Assembly: GCA_951406725.2 (NCBI GenBank)
Contig: OX597830.1
Location: 67,580,001-67,644,000, forward strand
Direction: 5' to 3'
Length of the DNA: 64,000 nt
Source of the DNA: Octopus vulgaris
Lineage: Eukaryota
Below, one piece after another: positions 38,225-51,600 of this stretch. Position numbers and translations under genes: made by a program. Within the stretch, counting starts at the first letter, position 1. Every line of letters starts with the position of its first letter. Below the pieces are notes generated by a model. That model was not told the DNA's origin. It worked only from the letters and a program-made list of their open reading frames with translations, and did not search any database.

Positions 38225-38760
38225 TTGAAAAACAGCTGCAAGAAAGGTAAGACCTATTCATTGTACAACAACATGAGTCAAGTGAATTCTATCTGTAATC
38301 ATAACAAAAATGTTATGATTTACATGGATGGTGAGCTGTGTAGAGATTCCCATTTAGTTTACGCAACAGAATGCACCAAATGCAACTTGATTTATGTTGG
38401 TTGTACAACAGAACAATTAAACAAAAGATTCTGTGTGCAGAAATATGACATTAGACACAATAACAGTAGTTTGAACAGCTGGAATTTATAAATTAAGATT
38501 TGAAAGTGCAAATTCTCAGGTAATATTCAGAATCTGCTACACTTTCAGTGTTCAAAATGCATGAGGGATAAATAGAATGACATTAGAATTTCATCATATT
38601 TGCACAAAACTGTTTGATTAAATATATTTCTTTATCCATTACATTTTTCTCTTTCTTTTTCTTTTAGCCAGTTGTAAGCTTGAAGATTGAAGACAGATGA
38701 TATCACTCCATCAACATGGAAACGCTGGTTTCCTCATTCAAATTTTGGATTTGAACATCT
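38225..38760 (+). mobile_element. Penelope-like GIY-YIG endonuclease remnant
   Basis: 'CRDSHLVYATECTKCNLIYVGCTTEQLNKRF'. Confidence 0.75.
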
Positions 38761-39109
38761 AATGCAATTGCATTGCACTCTTCTTATTGTCTATTTACCT
38801 TTGTGAAGAGTTACATCAATCCTTTTGAAATAATAACAACAACAACAATAATGATAATCCTTTCTACTATAGGCACAAGGCCTAAAAATTGGTGGGGGAG
38901 GGGGACCAGTCGATTAAATTGACACCAGTGCATAACTGGTACTTAATTTATCAGCCCTAAAAGGATAAAAGGTAAAGTCAATCCCAGCAATATTTGAACT
39001 CTGAACATTAAAGCAGACAAAATACTGCTCAGCATTTTTCCCAGTGTGCTAACGATTCTGCCAGCTCTCTGCCTATAACAACAACAGCAACAATAATTAG
39101 TTAGCATAG

Positions 39110-40790
39110 TAATGATTGAGAATGGCATTGATCCAATTCTCAAATGAACTCAATAACACTAGGTATGGTTCAAAGTTTATAGTACTACAATAAACCATCT
39201 GTTTGATATGAACGATCTGAAGCTGTTTGCTATAAATGACGAAGAGCTAGTAGGGCTGCTAACAGCCGTTAAGGAGTTCAGCAATGACATTGGGATGGAT
39301 TTTGGCCTTGATAAGTGTGTTAAAGCAACTTTTGTAAGTGGCAAGTTCAGGCAAACAGTTTCCATTAAATTAGATATCGACACTAACATCAAGGAGCTTT
39401 ACCCACAAGAAAATTACAAATACTTGGGATAAATGAAGGAGATGGTATACAGCATGCTACTATGAAAGAAAAAGCTAAGGAAGGAGTATTAAAGGAGAAT
39501 AAGACACATACTAAAAAGTGAACTCAACTCCAAAATTTGCATCGTAGCCATTAACACCCTGGCACTTCTAGTGGTCCATTACAGCTTTAAGATCATTAAC
39601 TGGAATCTTACAGAGCTCCAATGCCTGGACAGGAAAAAAAGAAAACTACTAACAACTAAGAAAATGCATCATCCAAAAGCAGATGTTGTTTGTCTGTACC
39701 TACCAGAAGTAATGAAATGAAGAGAAATCATGCAGTTAGAACTGTACAATTGACTGGATGCTGCAGCTTGTGTGCAAACATGAAAGTAGGAAAACATCAC
39801 ATTCTGTTGTCAAGGAAGCTTGAAAATTAGTTGAAGAACCTTAAACCACTGCTACCAAACAAGCAAAACAAATTGGGCAGACTGCAAAAACGAATGGACA
39901 GAAACAAAACGAGGAGCAGTGGAGTTAGAAGCCTCTGCTATATACTTCTACATACTTAGAAGTCAAAATACTGATGTAGATCAAACAACAACCCATCAGT
40001 GGCTGAGAAGTTCAGGAATGAAAGCAGAGACCCAAGGTTTCATATTGACGGCACAAGAACAATGATTGCTTACAAAAAAATTTCCAGGCTAATCTTTTTC
40101 AAAACGTTTCTGACTATAAATGCAGTTTCTGTGACACATTTGCTGAAACAATAGACCATCCTGTCTCAAGATGTTCTGTGCTGACACCAAACGAATACAA
40201 AAATACAAAAATGATCATGATTTACAGTGGAAAATATGTAAACACTAAAAAATCAGCACTCCTGCTTGCTGGTATGAACATCATCCTAAGCCAGTCGTTG
40301 AAGGTAAAAATATCACTATCCTCTGGGATTTTCCAGTCAACACTGACAGAATGATCCAGATTAATCAATGAGACATAGTCATTAAAGACAGGGAAGAAAA
40401 TACTTTTTGACTAATAGATGTAAGTGTTCCCAATGATACGAAAATATATGTAAAGGAATAGGGAAAATTAAGTAAATATAAAGACCTAGAAATTGAAATA
40501 CAGATGTGGCATCTTAAAGCAAGAACTGTTTCTGTTATTCTTTTCTACTCTAGGTACAGGGCCCCAAATTGTTTTGGGTGAGAGGGCAGTTGACTAGCAA
40601 CTGGTACTTAATTTATCAACTCCAAAAGATGAAAGGTAAAGTTAACCTCAGTGGAATTTGAACTCAGAACGTAAAGACAGACGAAATACTGCTATGCATT
40701 TCATCTGGCATGCTAACATTTCTGCCAGCTCACTGCCTTAGAACTATTCCTGCTATTGTAGGTGCCCTAGGTATGATAAAAAATCGATAT
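39110..40790 (+). mobile_element. R4/Dong-like non-LTR retrotransposon, RT to RLE domain, with a family B SINE inserted at about 40540-40740
   Basis: 'INHLFDMNDLKLFA', 'DIGMDFGLDKC', 'YKYLG', 'TILWDFPVNTDR'; SINE flanked by imperfect ~18-bp TSD agaactg/att..tg.tatt. Confidence 0.85.
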
Positions 40791-40989
40791 TTAAATGTTT
40801 CTGTTGTATTACATGTAAATATTTTGCAACTGCCCCTGCCACTTCCCCTACCCAAGCTTTCAATCACATGAAACATCTTTCATCCTTCACTTGCCCTAGG
40901 ATGCTGCATGTGTCTTTGCAGGTGACGGTAACAAATGTGCAAATTAAAAGTAAATAGCAATAATATTGATAATAATATTAGTACTTAAC

Positions 40990-41062
40990 CTTGTTCTTGA
41001 TGGATTTCTTTCAAGAATTTCTTTAAAAATTCTTCACAAGTATCTGTTAGGTATGTATTTTT
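40990..41062 (-). CDS. TRPM-like exon: KNTYLTDTCEEFLKKFLKEIHQEQ(A)
   Basis: tttttcag| acceptor, G|gttaag donor; 73 nt, open, phase 0 to 1, which bridges the flanking exons; sequence itself is poorly conserved. Confidence 0.7.
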
Positions 41063-42614
41063 CTGAAAAATTCAAAAGAACATCATAGGTATGTGTTATC
41101 ATTTCAAGCTGGTATGTTTTAGATTATAATTTATGACTAATTAGTATACTGGGCACTGATATTAATTTAATATGCAGTAATCATTCATTCAGTCTATCAA
41201 TCTATCAACACCCTTAGCTCTGCTTCCCTCTCATGTTCTCAAGTTGGCTACATATTTCTTGTACTATCTCTTAAATTAACCCTTGCCTTTATATTCTCAT
41301 TGCAGCCAATCAGTTTCACACCATGAGTTGAGGAAAACCTCACTGCTAATCCTCAGAAAGAACTGAAAGGAATGATGGGTATATATATATCTAATCTAAT
41401 CATTAAACCACACCTGATTAGGGTTTCTTTCTAATATGGAGCTACAACATGAAAAATCTCATTTGAAAATATGTTGGTGATTCCTCAGCTAACATCTTGA
41501 CCAAGTTCCTGAAACTATGGCTGGATGGCAGAAACCAATATTAATATATGGAAGCTTCTCATTCAATTTCTAAGAGGGTCTATAGGTACCATTGTGGTAG
41601 TCTAATGTGACATGCTGGAAATTAACCACTTTCATAACTGTTTCTATTGTGATCTTGAGCCCAAGAGAATTAAGGATATGGTTTACATTTTTTAAGCCTG
41701 TAGCAGAAGCATGATCACTCTGGAACTTTAACTGCCCACATTGTAGCTTTTTACTTTTAACTACCCAGTGATGGTTGGATCCATCTAGTTTTGCTTCGAC
41801 TGTCCACCCCTTTAACGTGATGTACTAGACTAGTGTCTGTTCATCAGCTATGAAGTGAGAAGTTTTGGTTTGCTAAAGGAGGAGAATTTTGCTATGAGTC
41901 ACCTGGGACTTTGATGTGAGAACAGTTTGATTTCACTTTACAGTTCTCAACTTGAACAGAATTCAAACCAGAATCTTTGACATTATGCTTCACATCTTAC
42001 CAAAATTTGAATAGAATTGTAGCCTGAATATCTGTGAAGCTATTCTTCAGGTTTCTTAACCTTTATATCTTCATTTTTATGAGCATTTAAATCTATATAA
42101 TATTTTGGCAATTATTAATGTTTGCTGTACCTGATTTTAGCAATAGTAATAAATATTTCCATGTGGTCAATTTCAAATTGTCCTTGAATTTGCATATTAT
42201 TATGCATCTTGAATTCATTAATCAGAGGACATAATATATCAAACCTAAAAACCACAATTCATACAACCACATACATTCATTATCATTAAATGCCTATTGA
42301 GTGCATGATTGTTTATTCTTCTCAGTTATGACAAAGCATTCTGTCACTATGGAGGCCAAAGCATATGTACAATAAAAAGATCCTACAAAGTCATCTGCAT
42401 CAGCACTGTCTAATGTTCCTATCACAATATTGAAGGTACTTTTTAGGTTGGTCCACTTACATAAGGTCAAACCCTTTTGAAAAACAAGGTTCTCCTGGTT
42501 AGCATGATGCTGATTGACCTTTTCTTTCTCCTTTGAATTTTGCCAGGTTTTTTACAACTACCTGAATGGTTACTATATACAGGAAAAATTTTATATTCTT
42601 TTTTACTTTGAAAT

Positions 42615-45600
42615 GTTAGCTCGGGGTTGTCTTGGAAACAAGGCTACCTGTTAAATGACATGCAGTCACAGAATGTGCATATCGTAGCCATCAGTGAGAC
42701 CAGACTCCACAACTCACAGGCCCTCCAGCACATGTTCTGCAGACAATTCAACATTTATTTTCTTCATATCTACCAAGAATGGGTAGAGGTAGTACCATGG
42801 TGCTTTTTCAGAAGAGTCTGGGCTTCAAAGTAAGAGCAATAGTCAAAGACTCGGAAGGTAGGCTTGTCATCTTGGATGTCGATGGCAGTAATGGGTGTGC
42901 TTTTCCACTGATAACAGTTTATGCATCATCTCTTTACAGGTCAGATGGATTTCTTTCGATGTCTAGAAGTTTTCCTGGGAACGTCTTGACCTTTACTTTT
43001 AGTGGGGATTTGGAATGCTACGTTGGAAATGCATCTAGACTACATGAGTAGAGATAGGATAGGAGGAGATGTAAATGTCTCAAAGACCTGCTCAGCAGTT
43101 TCCAACTGTCTGACAGGTACCGACTGGACCGCTCGAATGTGCCAATTTGGACATGGAGCAACTGCATCGGTTCATCAAAACCTTATTTAGACAGAGTATT
43201 CTGTAGGACAGTGGATAGGGACAGTATAGGTTGTCCACAATTTCATATAGTCAGCTACACAGATCATAAATTTGTCCCTTGTATGCTTGATTCAGATAAG
43301 AATCATAGGCAGGGTGCCCATTACTGGAAACTAAATGTGTCATTCACGGCACTCCAAACTTACAAAGACTGGACTAGCACATTAGTTAAGAGGACATCAT
43401 CAACAATGGATGGTAGTATGCCCTAACAAAAGCAATTAATGCAGAATCGGTTAGGTATAGTAAGATTCTAGTGATAGATTGAAATAGGAGGAGACCTTGT
43501 TAAGAAATTAGAAAAGGCACTTAGAACAAGCATAGCTTCCAATGTGTTGGCACTGAGGTTGGCCCTTGACCAACACTTCAATGCTAAACACAAAGGATGC
43601 AGTGTCAGAGCTAGGATGTTTGCTCTGAGAAACAAAGGAATTGGAGCTGCCCGAGAGGACTAAGTGGTGGAGGTGCAACAAGGCAACAAAGTCACCATTA
43701 GGTCTTTTACAGATGAACAGGGGTGTATATTATTCGAGCCTGAAAGGATGTGTGAGGCATTTCAACAGCACTCTGCCAGACGGATCGGGATTACTGGTGG
43801 GTCAGAATGCAAGATGGGCTTTAGTGCCTGACTGCATGACCTGCCACAACTCTCAGCAAGACAGGTGGAGAGTTGTGAAAGAACAATCGCAGCCGTGGAC
43901 ATATGGGATGCAATGGCAGGATGCACAGGAGACAAGTCTACAGGCTTGGATGATCTGCCCTATGAGCTTTATTGTCATATGCCAGACTTGTTTGGAGGCA
44001 TCTTAGCAGCAGTCTACTCCATCTGGCAGCAAAACAGGAGTATCCCCAGTTTTCTGAGCCAAGGAGTAGTGGCACTGCTAAAGAAAGATCCAAACAAGGA
44101 GAATGTCATAGATAACTTCAGGCAAATCAGTCAGCTTAATGCAGATTTAAAGATTTTGGCCAAGGTGATAGCCAAGAGATTGGCGCTTGTCATCAAGAAA
44201 CTGGTTGACAAGGCACAAACATGCACCGTGCCAGGTAGGAGTATCCACGAGAACCTCCATCTGATGTGCTACCTCAAAGACTGAGTAGTTAAGTTACCTG
44301 GCATGGGTAGTGTGCTGACCAATTTGGATCTATCGAAAGCTTTCACTAGGGTCGACCATCATTACTTGGAGGCTGTTTTTAGAGCGGCTGGTTTCGGTCC
44401 CATCTTCCGTGATTGGATTGCTGCTTTATACGGTAGCATCCACTCAGTAGTTTTCATAAATGATCATCTATCCAGACCATTTCTCCATTACATGTTTAGT
44501 CTGTCAAGGATGCTCCTCTCATCGCTTCTGTACATATTGACTCTAGAGCCACTACCACAGAAGCTGGCAATGCTAAGGGGCATCCCACGAGAACTGGGAT
44601 GCAGGAGGAGCATGTCTGCATACACGGACAACGTCACTGTCATAGTGTCGAGCCACAGGAATATCGATCAGGTCAGTGAGATCAGTGAGATACTAAAAGC
44701 ATACAAAGTGGTAACGGGAGCAAAAATTAACTCGGAAAAGTCAGTGGGCTTGCAGATTGGTACCTGGAGAAGTAAGCCCATGCCATCCAACAGCATCTCC
44801 ATCATGGGACACTGGACTGATGGAGCAGTTAAATTGCTCAGGGAAGAAGTGGGACAAGATAACGAATAGGGTGGCCACTCTCACCCAGCAATGGACTGAT
44901 AGGAAGTTATCCCTAAAAGGTTGGGTGGAAGTGGAGAACACGTACATCGTATCCGTCATCTATTACCGTCCTCTCTTGTCCCAACCCTACCATCACCAAA
45001 CTGAAACGCATACCCTTCCGCTTTTTGTGGAAGGGAAGTGTTCCGATGGTTAGGTGATCCATTTGATGTCAGCAACCACTAAATGGAGGGCTGGGCATGC
45101 AATGGTTGATTATACTCAAGTATGCGGTGAGACCTTCACAGATGACGGTAAACAGGTGTGGTAGCCGTTTGTGAGACACACTTCCCTGCAGCTAGTCTCT
45201 TTGGCCAAACTGCAGTCATAGATCAAACATAGATCGAGGCTAGGTAAATGGCACCGTGAGTGCCACCTTGATCTCAAGCAACTCTGCCATCTAGGACCAT
45301 ACTTGTGCGACTTCAATTCCACAAAGGTGATCTATACAGGATCAGTGGAGGGAAGGTGTGATGACATTCTTGGGGATAATCTGGGTATCAACAAGGAAGA
45401 CCTGACCTGCCTCTTCAGGACAACTTTCAGGCCAGGACCTATGGACAATCACCAGAGATCCCTGGCCTGGCAGTGCTATTGGGAAGCATTGCCCATTCGG
45501 GATAAGCTCTACAGGCACAGTTTGAGAAACACTGGACTGACTTGCCAGTCAGAGTGACGAAACCTTTCTGCACACACTTGTGAAGTGCCAAACAATTTCA

Positions 45601-46200
45601 GACCTGTAGGCTTATGTCAAACACCTGCTGTTACGTGTGAGACAAATTTGGTTATCAGCCAAGTCTATCGTGAATATTACTCAACCACCTTATGGGAAAG
45701 CAAGGCAGTTTTCATTGTACTGGTGGCCATGGTGAAAGAATGTGTGTGGTGGACTCGTATGAAAGGCTTAGAGACAAACACTTTCCTCACTAGCCAATCA
45801 CTCATCAACTTTTTCAAGTACCACATGAAAAGGAAGGTGAGAATAGAGAGGGAAGTTTTGTCTCATGTAAGATTCAATAAAAGGTGGGTGAATGTATCGA
45901 AGATGGCATGTGTGATTGACAAAACCACTTTGAGCATGATCCTATAAATCCAAGAGAGAGAGAGAGAGAGAGAGAGCACTTTCTTTCCCTGCCTGTGGTT
46001 ACCATGGTCTTTTTCATAGGCTGTTCTTTCCATAGATAAATCTAATCTGTTTTACATTTTTAATCCCTCATGTTTTGCTGTTTACACGTCACAAGTGCTT
46101 TCGATCCATTTTGATCGTATTTTTTTCTTTTCTTTTGAAAAGATAAGTTTTACATTGTATTGTCCCCTCTGTGTTTGGCCCTCTGTGGCCAATAAAGAAA
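42615..46200 (+). mobile_element. Tx1/L1-clade LINE, near-complete decayed ORF2 (endonuclease, RT, C-terminus) and 3' UTR
   Basis: 'IVAISETR', 'DSEGRLVILD', 'YLDRVF', 'TDHK', 'YWKLN', 'LNADLKILAKVIAKRL', 'LDLSKAF.RVDH'; tail ...gtggccaataaagaaa. Confidence 0.92.
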
Positions 46201-46226
46201 CCAAACTATCTATCTATCTAACCATC

Positions 46227-46299
<73 letters not shown>

Positions 46300-46388
46300 G
46301 ATAAGGGTGAAAAATTGAATATTTATTTGATTAATATCAATTTTAAACCAGTGGTCTAGCATATTAAAATCTGAAAGTTCAGAAAAAT

Positions 46389-46584
46389 TATATTACATAC
46401 ATATGAGAGATGACCACTAGGTGGACAGCCCTTATGCTAGAAGTAGATCCACTATGGTCTTAACACTAAGAAAGGAATGTTCTCTTGAAAACATTCCTTT
46501 CTTAATGGTAAGACTGTAGCGGATCTACTTCTAGCACGAGGGTTGTCCACGTAGTGCTCATCCCACTTATATGTATGTAATATA
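46389..46584. repeat. Long inverted repeat (foldback), arms ~93-95 bp, 8-nt loop
   Basis: tgctagaagtagatcc/ggatctacttctagca and taagaaaggaatgtt/aacattcctttctta are exact reverse complements. Confidence 0.92.
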
Positions 46585-46588
46585 TATA

Positions 46589-46800
46589 CAGGGTGTGGCA
46601 GAAATATCTCCCACATTTTAAACTTTCACATATGTGCTGCTAATGAAGTAATGCAAGTGCCAATGATGTTTTCATTTAGCTAATGAACAAAAACTGTAAC
46701 CCTTTGTCTAAACAACAGTAAAATCAAATTTTCATAAATTGCTTTTTCTTTTATCTTTTGTCAACCTTTTATATGTGGGAGGTATTTCTGCCACACCCTG
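46589..46800. mobile_element. 212-bp Tc1/mariner-type MITE
   Basis: 28-bp TIRs cagggtgtggcagaaatatctcccacat / atgtgggaggtatttctgccacaccctg with one mismatch; TA on the left flank. Confidence 0.85.
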
Positions 46801-46805
46801 TGTGA

Positions 46806-46860
<55 letters not shown>

Positions 46861-46862
<2 letters not shown>

Positions 46863-48153
46863 AGCAAAATGCCACTCAGTCCAATGGACGGTGCTGAGTT
46901 GTCAAACATTTAAACCAAATTTTCTCAAAACAACTTGTCTGACCGTCCCATAGGCCTCCCCTTTGAGAAACACTGATTTAATCTAAATTTGAGACTCAAG
47001 CAAGAGAAGAAATAAAGATAGACTTTTTTCTATTCCAAAGAAAAATGATTTTATTCACACAAATATGCAACCGAAGAGTTTAAAGTACCAGTGATGATAA
47101 GGTTTTTGACTGGGAGAACACAAACATGGTTTAAACAGTAAGCTTGGCAGGAAAGTAATGTGCCTTTAAGCAATACAAAAACAACAAAAAATGGAAGGTG
47201 CAGTTATGTACTGGTTGACGGAAGAAAATCAGGACAAAAACGATGCATGCAAATGGGTTAGCTGGAGGTAAATCTAAATGGAAAAGCATGATGAATTTAT
47301 GAGAACATACCTGGGAGAATAATAAGTTTATCCGATAAAACGTGTAGGAAATCAACTTGGAGTGATTTTTGTTGAAAAGCAACAACCTAAGGAACTAAGT
47401 AACTAATTTTAAGCTAACTTACTTTACATGACGTTCAAGGGCATGGAAAAGCTAGTGGAGCACAGCCTTGTAAACCACATTCCTTGTTACTCCATCTGCA
47501 GCATAGTAGAAAAGGTTTATCGAACAGCCAACCCTCAAACAGCCCACATACTGTTGTCCATGTGAAAAGCAGGGAGTGCTGAGGTCCAACTCCACGACTT
47601 TCAGTGATTGCCCCGGTGCTTTGGTAATGGTCATCACGAAGCTCAGGTGAATAGGGCATTGAACGTATTTCATCAGGTAAACACAGTCTGATAGAATCAA
47701 TGGCATGCGGGAAATAAAAAAACATCCCCTGCTCCTTGACCTGTGATAACTTTTGCCTCGAGAACGTCATCCAAAAGTTGGGTGAGAACCAACCGAGTGC
47801 CATTGCAAAGTCGTGGGGGTTCCAAGTTTCGGAGGAGAATAATGGGACTGCCAACCTTGAGGCAGAGTTTATGGGGTGGCAAACCCGATGGCGCAAACTA
47901 AACATGCATTTTTCTTGCGTATGCGTAGTATCAATTGCAACAGCTGATGTACTTGCATGTACAAATGTGCGTTCCCACGGATTTATCGATTGCATTCTCA
48001 CCTGGAATCGATTTTTGTAATTCTTTTAAGACTTATACATGCTCTGATACTGCTGGTATCTACATATCAAATTTGAGTGCAATCGGATGGAGGATGCCCG
48101 AGATCACTAGAAGGCACACACACAGACAGACAGAACGGATTTTATATAATAGA
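46861..48153 (-). mobile_element. Internally deleted Helitron with PIF1 helicase C-terminal fragment
   Basis: '[28 protein letters not shown]', 'QCPIHLSFVMTITKAPGQSL', 'FSHGQQYVGCLRV', 'TRNVVY'; minus-strand ends A|TC...CTTG|T. Confidence 0.85.
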
Positions 48154-48489
48154 TATACTCACACACACACATGTGTATATGTTCCTAAAATGATATGTGA
48201 GATTCTACATGACTCAAAATTTTCTCAGAGACACTGTTTTATGTGAGTGAATGGATATGATTTTAGCAAAGATTGAAATCAGGATGGAGACTCACCTCAA
48301 CCGAAACGTAGTTCAATTTTAATATGACTCACCTCTCAATACTGATATCATTTTGTTTTGTTAAAGAAATGAATGAGTAGGAAATGAATATAATCAATTG
48401 ACTGGGTTGCAATATGTTAGTAATGTTTATCTTATGAACCTTTGAAGGTACAACAGGTTCACATGTAACAAATTGGTATTCTAACTTTA

Positions 48490-48712
48490 GGCAGCGAGCT
48501 GGCAGAATCATTAGCACGGCGGGCGAAATGCTTAGCAGTATTTCGTCTGCCGCTACATTCTGATTTCAAATTCCGCCGAGGTCGACTTTGCATTTCATCC
48601 TTTTGGGGTCGATAAATTAAGGACCAGTTACGCACTGGGGTTGATACAATCGACTTATTCCGTTATCTGTCCTTGTTTGTCTCTGTGTTTAGTGGGTAGT
48701 AAAGAAATAGGT
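48490..48712 (+). mobile_element. SINE family B with a Tx1-like 3' tail
   Basis: Head ggcagcgagctggcagaatc...ttcaaattccgccg; tail ccttgtttgtctctgtgtttagtgggtagtaaagaaata. Confidence 0.8.
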
Positions 48713-48838
48713 ATTCTAACCTGGGAGAGATTTATTACTCATTTTTAACATTATAAAACAAACGATAAATAACAGGCTTCAAAACCGGTCAAGGACTTCA
48801 GAAAACTGTGGAGGAGAGTTTACTTAAAATTTACTTAC

Positions 48839-48973
48839 CATCAAGAATAAGATGCTAATATCTGCTTCAGTTAACAATACTTTCAAGTTAATTTTACATT
48901 CCAGAAAAGGTTTCACAATATTAGTCATTCCTTTTTTTAATGCAACTAACATAACAATATACAACTTGTTAAT
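48839..48973 (-). CDS. TRPM-like exon: INKLYIVMLVALKKGMTNIVKPFLECKINLKVLLTEADISILFLM
   Basis: cctttcag| acceptor, |gtaagt donor; 135 nt, phase 0/0; corresponds to TRPM 'L...M..AL......FV.LFLE.G..L..FLT...L..LY'. Confidence 0.85.
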
Positions 48974-49273
48974 CTGAAAGGAACAAAAGCAAAAATGTAT
49001 TCTGAGGAGGGTTACAGGAACCATAAATACTAATCAGACTATTAATATCCAATTTTCAATGAGTGCTTAGAGGAGGGTAAACCTCTTCCTGTTTATAAGG
49101 TGGAGAATTTACTATTGTATGTCATGTTTACTCCTATGATTATCGCATTTCTATTTCAGAAAATTAAAGAATGTACAAGGTGTGGCCAAAAAGTTAATTT
49201 AATTTGCATGGTTCTTATTTATGACAGGCCAGAGATGGCTCTGTGAATGAGATATGAAATACTCAGTTTAGAG

Positions 49274-51600
49274 CAGTGTTTCCCAAATATTTCACTCCGA
49301 ATTGCAATATCACCCACCTATTGGCCAAAAGATGCTCCATTGCCCACGTGTGTAAAAAAACCCTAACACAACTCCCCCTCCAACACAAAATCTCTTAGGA
49401 CCCCCTCCTTGTGTCATTTGACACACACACTATATCGTAGACTCATTGCCCTGTTAGTGCTGTTCGGACTAAATATGTGGTTGTTTACAAATCCCTTATT
49501 GTGGGTTTAGTTTTGCCATTAGTGTGAATAAAATTCTAATGTTAACTTTATATTATGCAGACAGATTAAGTTCTGGAAACTTGCGCTTTCTTTTACACTG
49601 ATTTTCATTTTCCCCAGATGAACCATTTATCAGAACTACCGATGCAAAAATAATTAATGAATGTATTATAAAGGAAAAGAATACAACTTTTTAAGGAGAA
49701 CCATGTGTCTGTTGCGATGCAGCTAGTGCAAATACATTCGGTTTCAAATTTGTCAACTTTAGCCGCAAGTCTCCTTGCTGTGTCCCATCCAGTCCAATTC
49801 TTTTATGGGAAAGGAAAGTTCCAACATGGTTAAAATCAGATTCAACCAGGTATGAGGTAGGGAAGGCAAGAAAAAGTAATTTCAGATGTTACCACAGATT
49901 GGGGTAGGAATTTAATATACTCTGATGATACCACAAACCTTCTTTGCCATTACGGCGATATTGCATTGTGGCAATATTGTCATTTTGTAATTCTATCAAT
50001 TCCTCCTGAACGTCATTCTAGCAATCACCTGCATTGACCTCAAATGGACTGCTATACCAATTTGGAATATTTATCACAATAACATCTTGAAATCGCTCCA
50101 CTATGTTATCGTGCAATGATTGTAAATAGTAGCTAAATCCTCATTAATCAATTCAACTTTCAAAGAATCAAGTTGTGGAAATTGATGAAATTTACATTTT
50201 GAAATGTTAGTCATAAACAACACCAATTTCAAAATGAAGGTAGTGATAAATGATTTACAGTCAACAAGATTTTTTTTCTGTTTCCTTGCAATAACTTATT
50301 CAAATCACTTAATTTTGTGAATATATCACAAACAAAAAAGATATCACACATTGCAGTCATCAATAAAGCTGGTAGTGAAGTATCTTTAAAGAAAAAGATA
50401 TTATATAAAACAGTTCAACAAAGCATAAAACACAGTTTCGTTTTGATAGCCAGCACACTTTGGTATGGGATAAGAGTTTAATATGGTCTACATCATTCCT
50501 AAGACAGAGTTGATGGAAAATTCGATCAGATGAGGGACTGGAATTCAATTTGTTCACAGTCTTGATAACTAACTGTAGCGCTTCATTCAATCTACTGTTC
50601 ATAATTTTTGCCACTAAATGCTGCTGGTGTGCCAAGCAATGAACAGTTAGTATCTGGTGGGATATTTCATGCTTTAGGAGAGATAAAAAACTTCTGTATC
50701 TTCCTATCATCGAAGGGGCTCCAGATGCACAGGCAAGAGTATTACTGAGTGGGATATTATGTTCAAAAAGGAAATACTTGAGAGCATGAAAATATTTGCA
50801 CCTTTTGAATCAAGCGGCAATTTCCCTGTGAACAGCATTTCCTCACAGGGTTGAAGGCCTTCGCAGCAATACCAAACATGTACCATCATCAAAAATGAAT
50901 TGTCCACAACAGTTGACTCATCCACTTGTATAGAAAATTCAGAATGGTGGAGAATATTAATGAGCTGATGTTTAATATCAGTGGTCATTTCATCGATGTG
51001 TTGAGAAATCATGTTATTATTAAATGGGATCTTCTTCAAAATGTTATTGGGATATTCGTGCATAACAGTTGACAAAATCTCTTCGATAAGAGGGTGAAGT
51101 AATGTTTCTTCAATTGTGTGAGACTTCCCAGACTTAGTAGCAAGCAATGCAATGTTGTACGATGAAATCAACCCATCATTCTCCTGTTTACTAGTTTCCT
51201 GGAGTAGCATGTTGAATGTCTGTATTTGCTTTTTGAAAGAGGAGCTTACTTGCAAAAATTATGATAACGGCTTGTCCTTCTTGTTATAATGCTTTGCAAC
51301 AAAGTGATACTTCAAGCACGAAGGTTTCATTGGTCAATGTTTGATGGCAAAGACATCACATTGGTAACTGACAGTTCTGAGGAGAGGGAATAAATCCAAA
51401 TGAAAAATAATCACTTCTGTACAGTCGACAAATTTTCTTGACTGGAGGCAGCAGTAAAATGAAAATGTGAAAACCATTTTCTGCAGACAATGTAAGAAAG
51501 GCAGTATGGTATTCCCAAAGAGAAGAAGAATTCAATACAGTAGAGTTAGATGACACATCTTTACTGGAGCAAATGTGCATCTAGTTTGTTTGGCTGCCAG
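49274..51600 (-). mobile_element. hAT (Buster/Charlie, ZBED5/SCAND3-like) DNA transposon fossil
   Basis: 'GKSHTIEETL', 'FSIQVDEST', 'VHCLAHQQHL', 'LLSHTKVCWLS'; TIR cagtgtttcccaaa at 49274 after nnnTAnnn site gtttagag; other end not found. Confidence 0.88.

Noticed and set aside
38690-38735. cagatga...gaaacgctggtt after the GIY-YIG remnant
   Set aside because: Position suits a Penelope hammerhead, but the core reads CAGA and the stems are not supported.
48343-48430. gtgagt donor and ORF 48329-48517 as a TRPM exon
   Set aside because: It would end in phase 2 between two phase-0 junctions, has no TRPM similarity, and the ORF begins in a SINE.
50360-51255. Domesticated ZBED5/SCAND3-like gene
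   Set aside because: Multiple frameshifts and stops plus a retained TIR indicate a transposon fossil.
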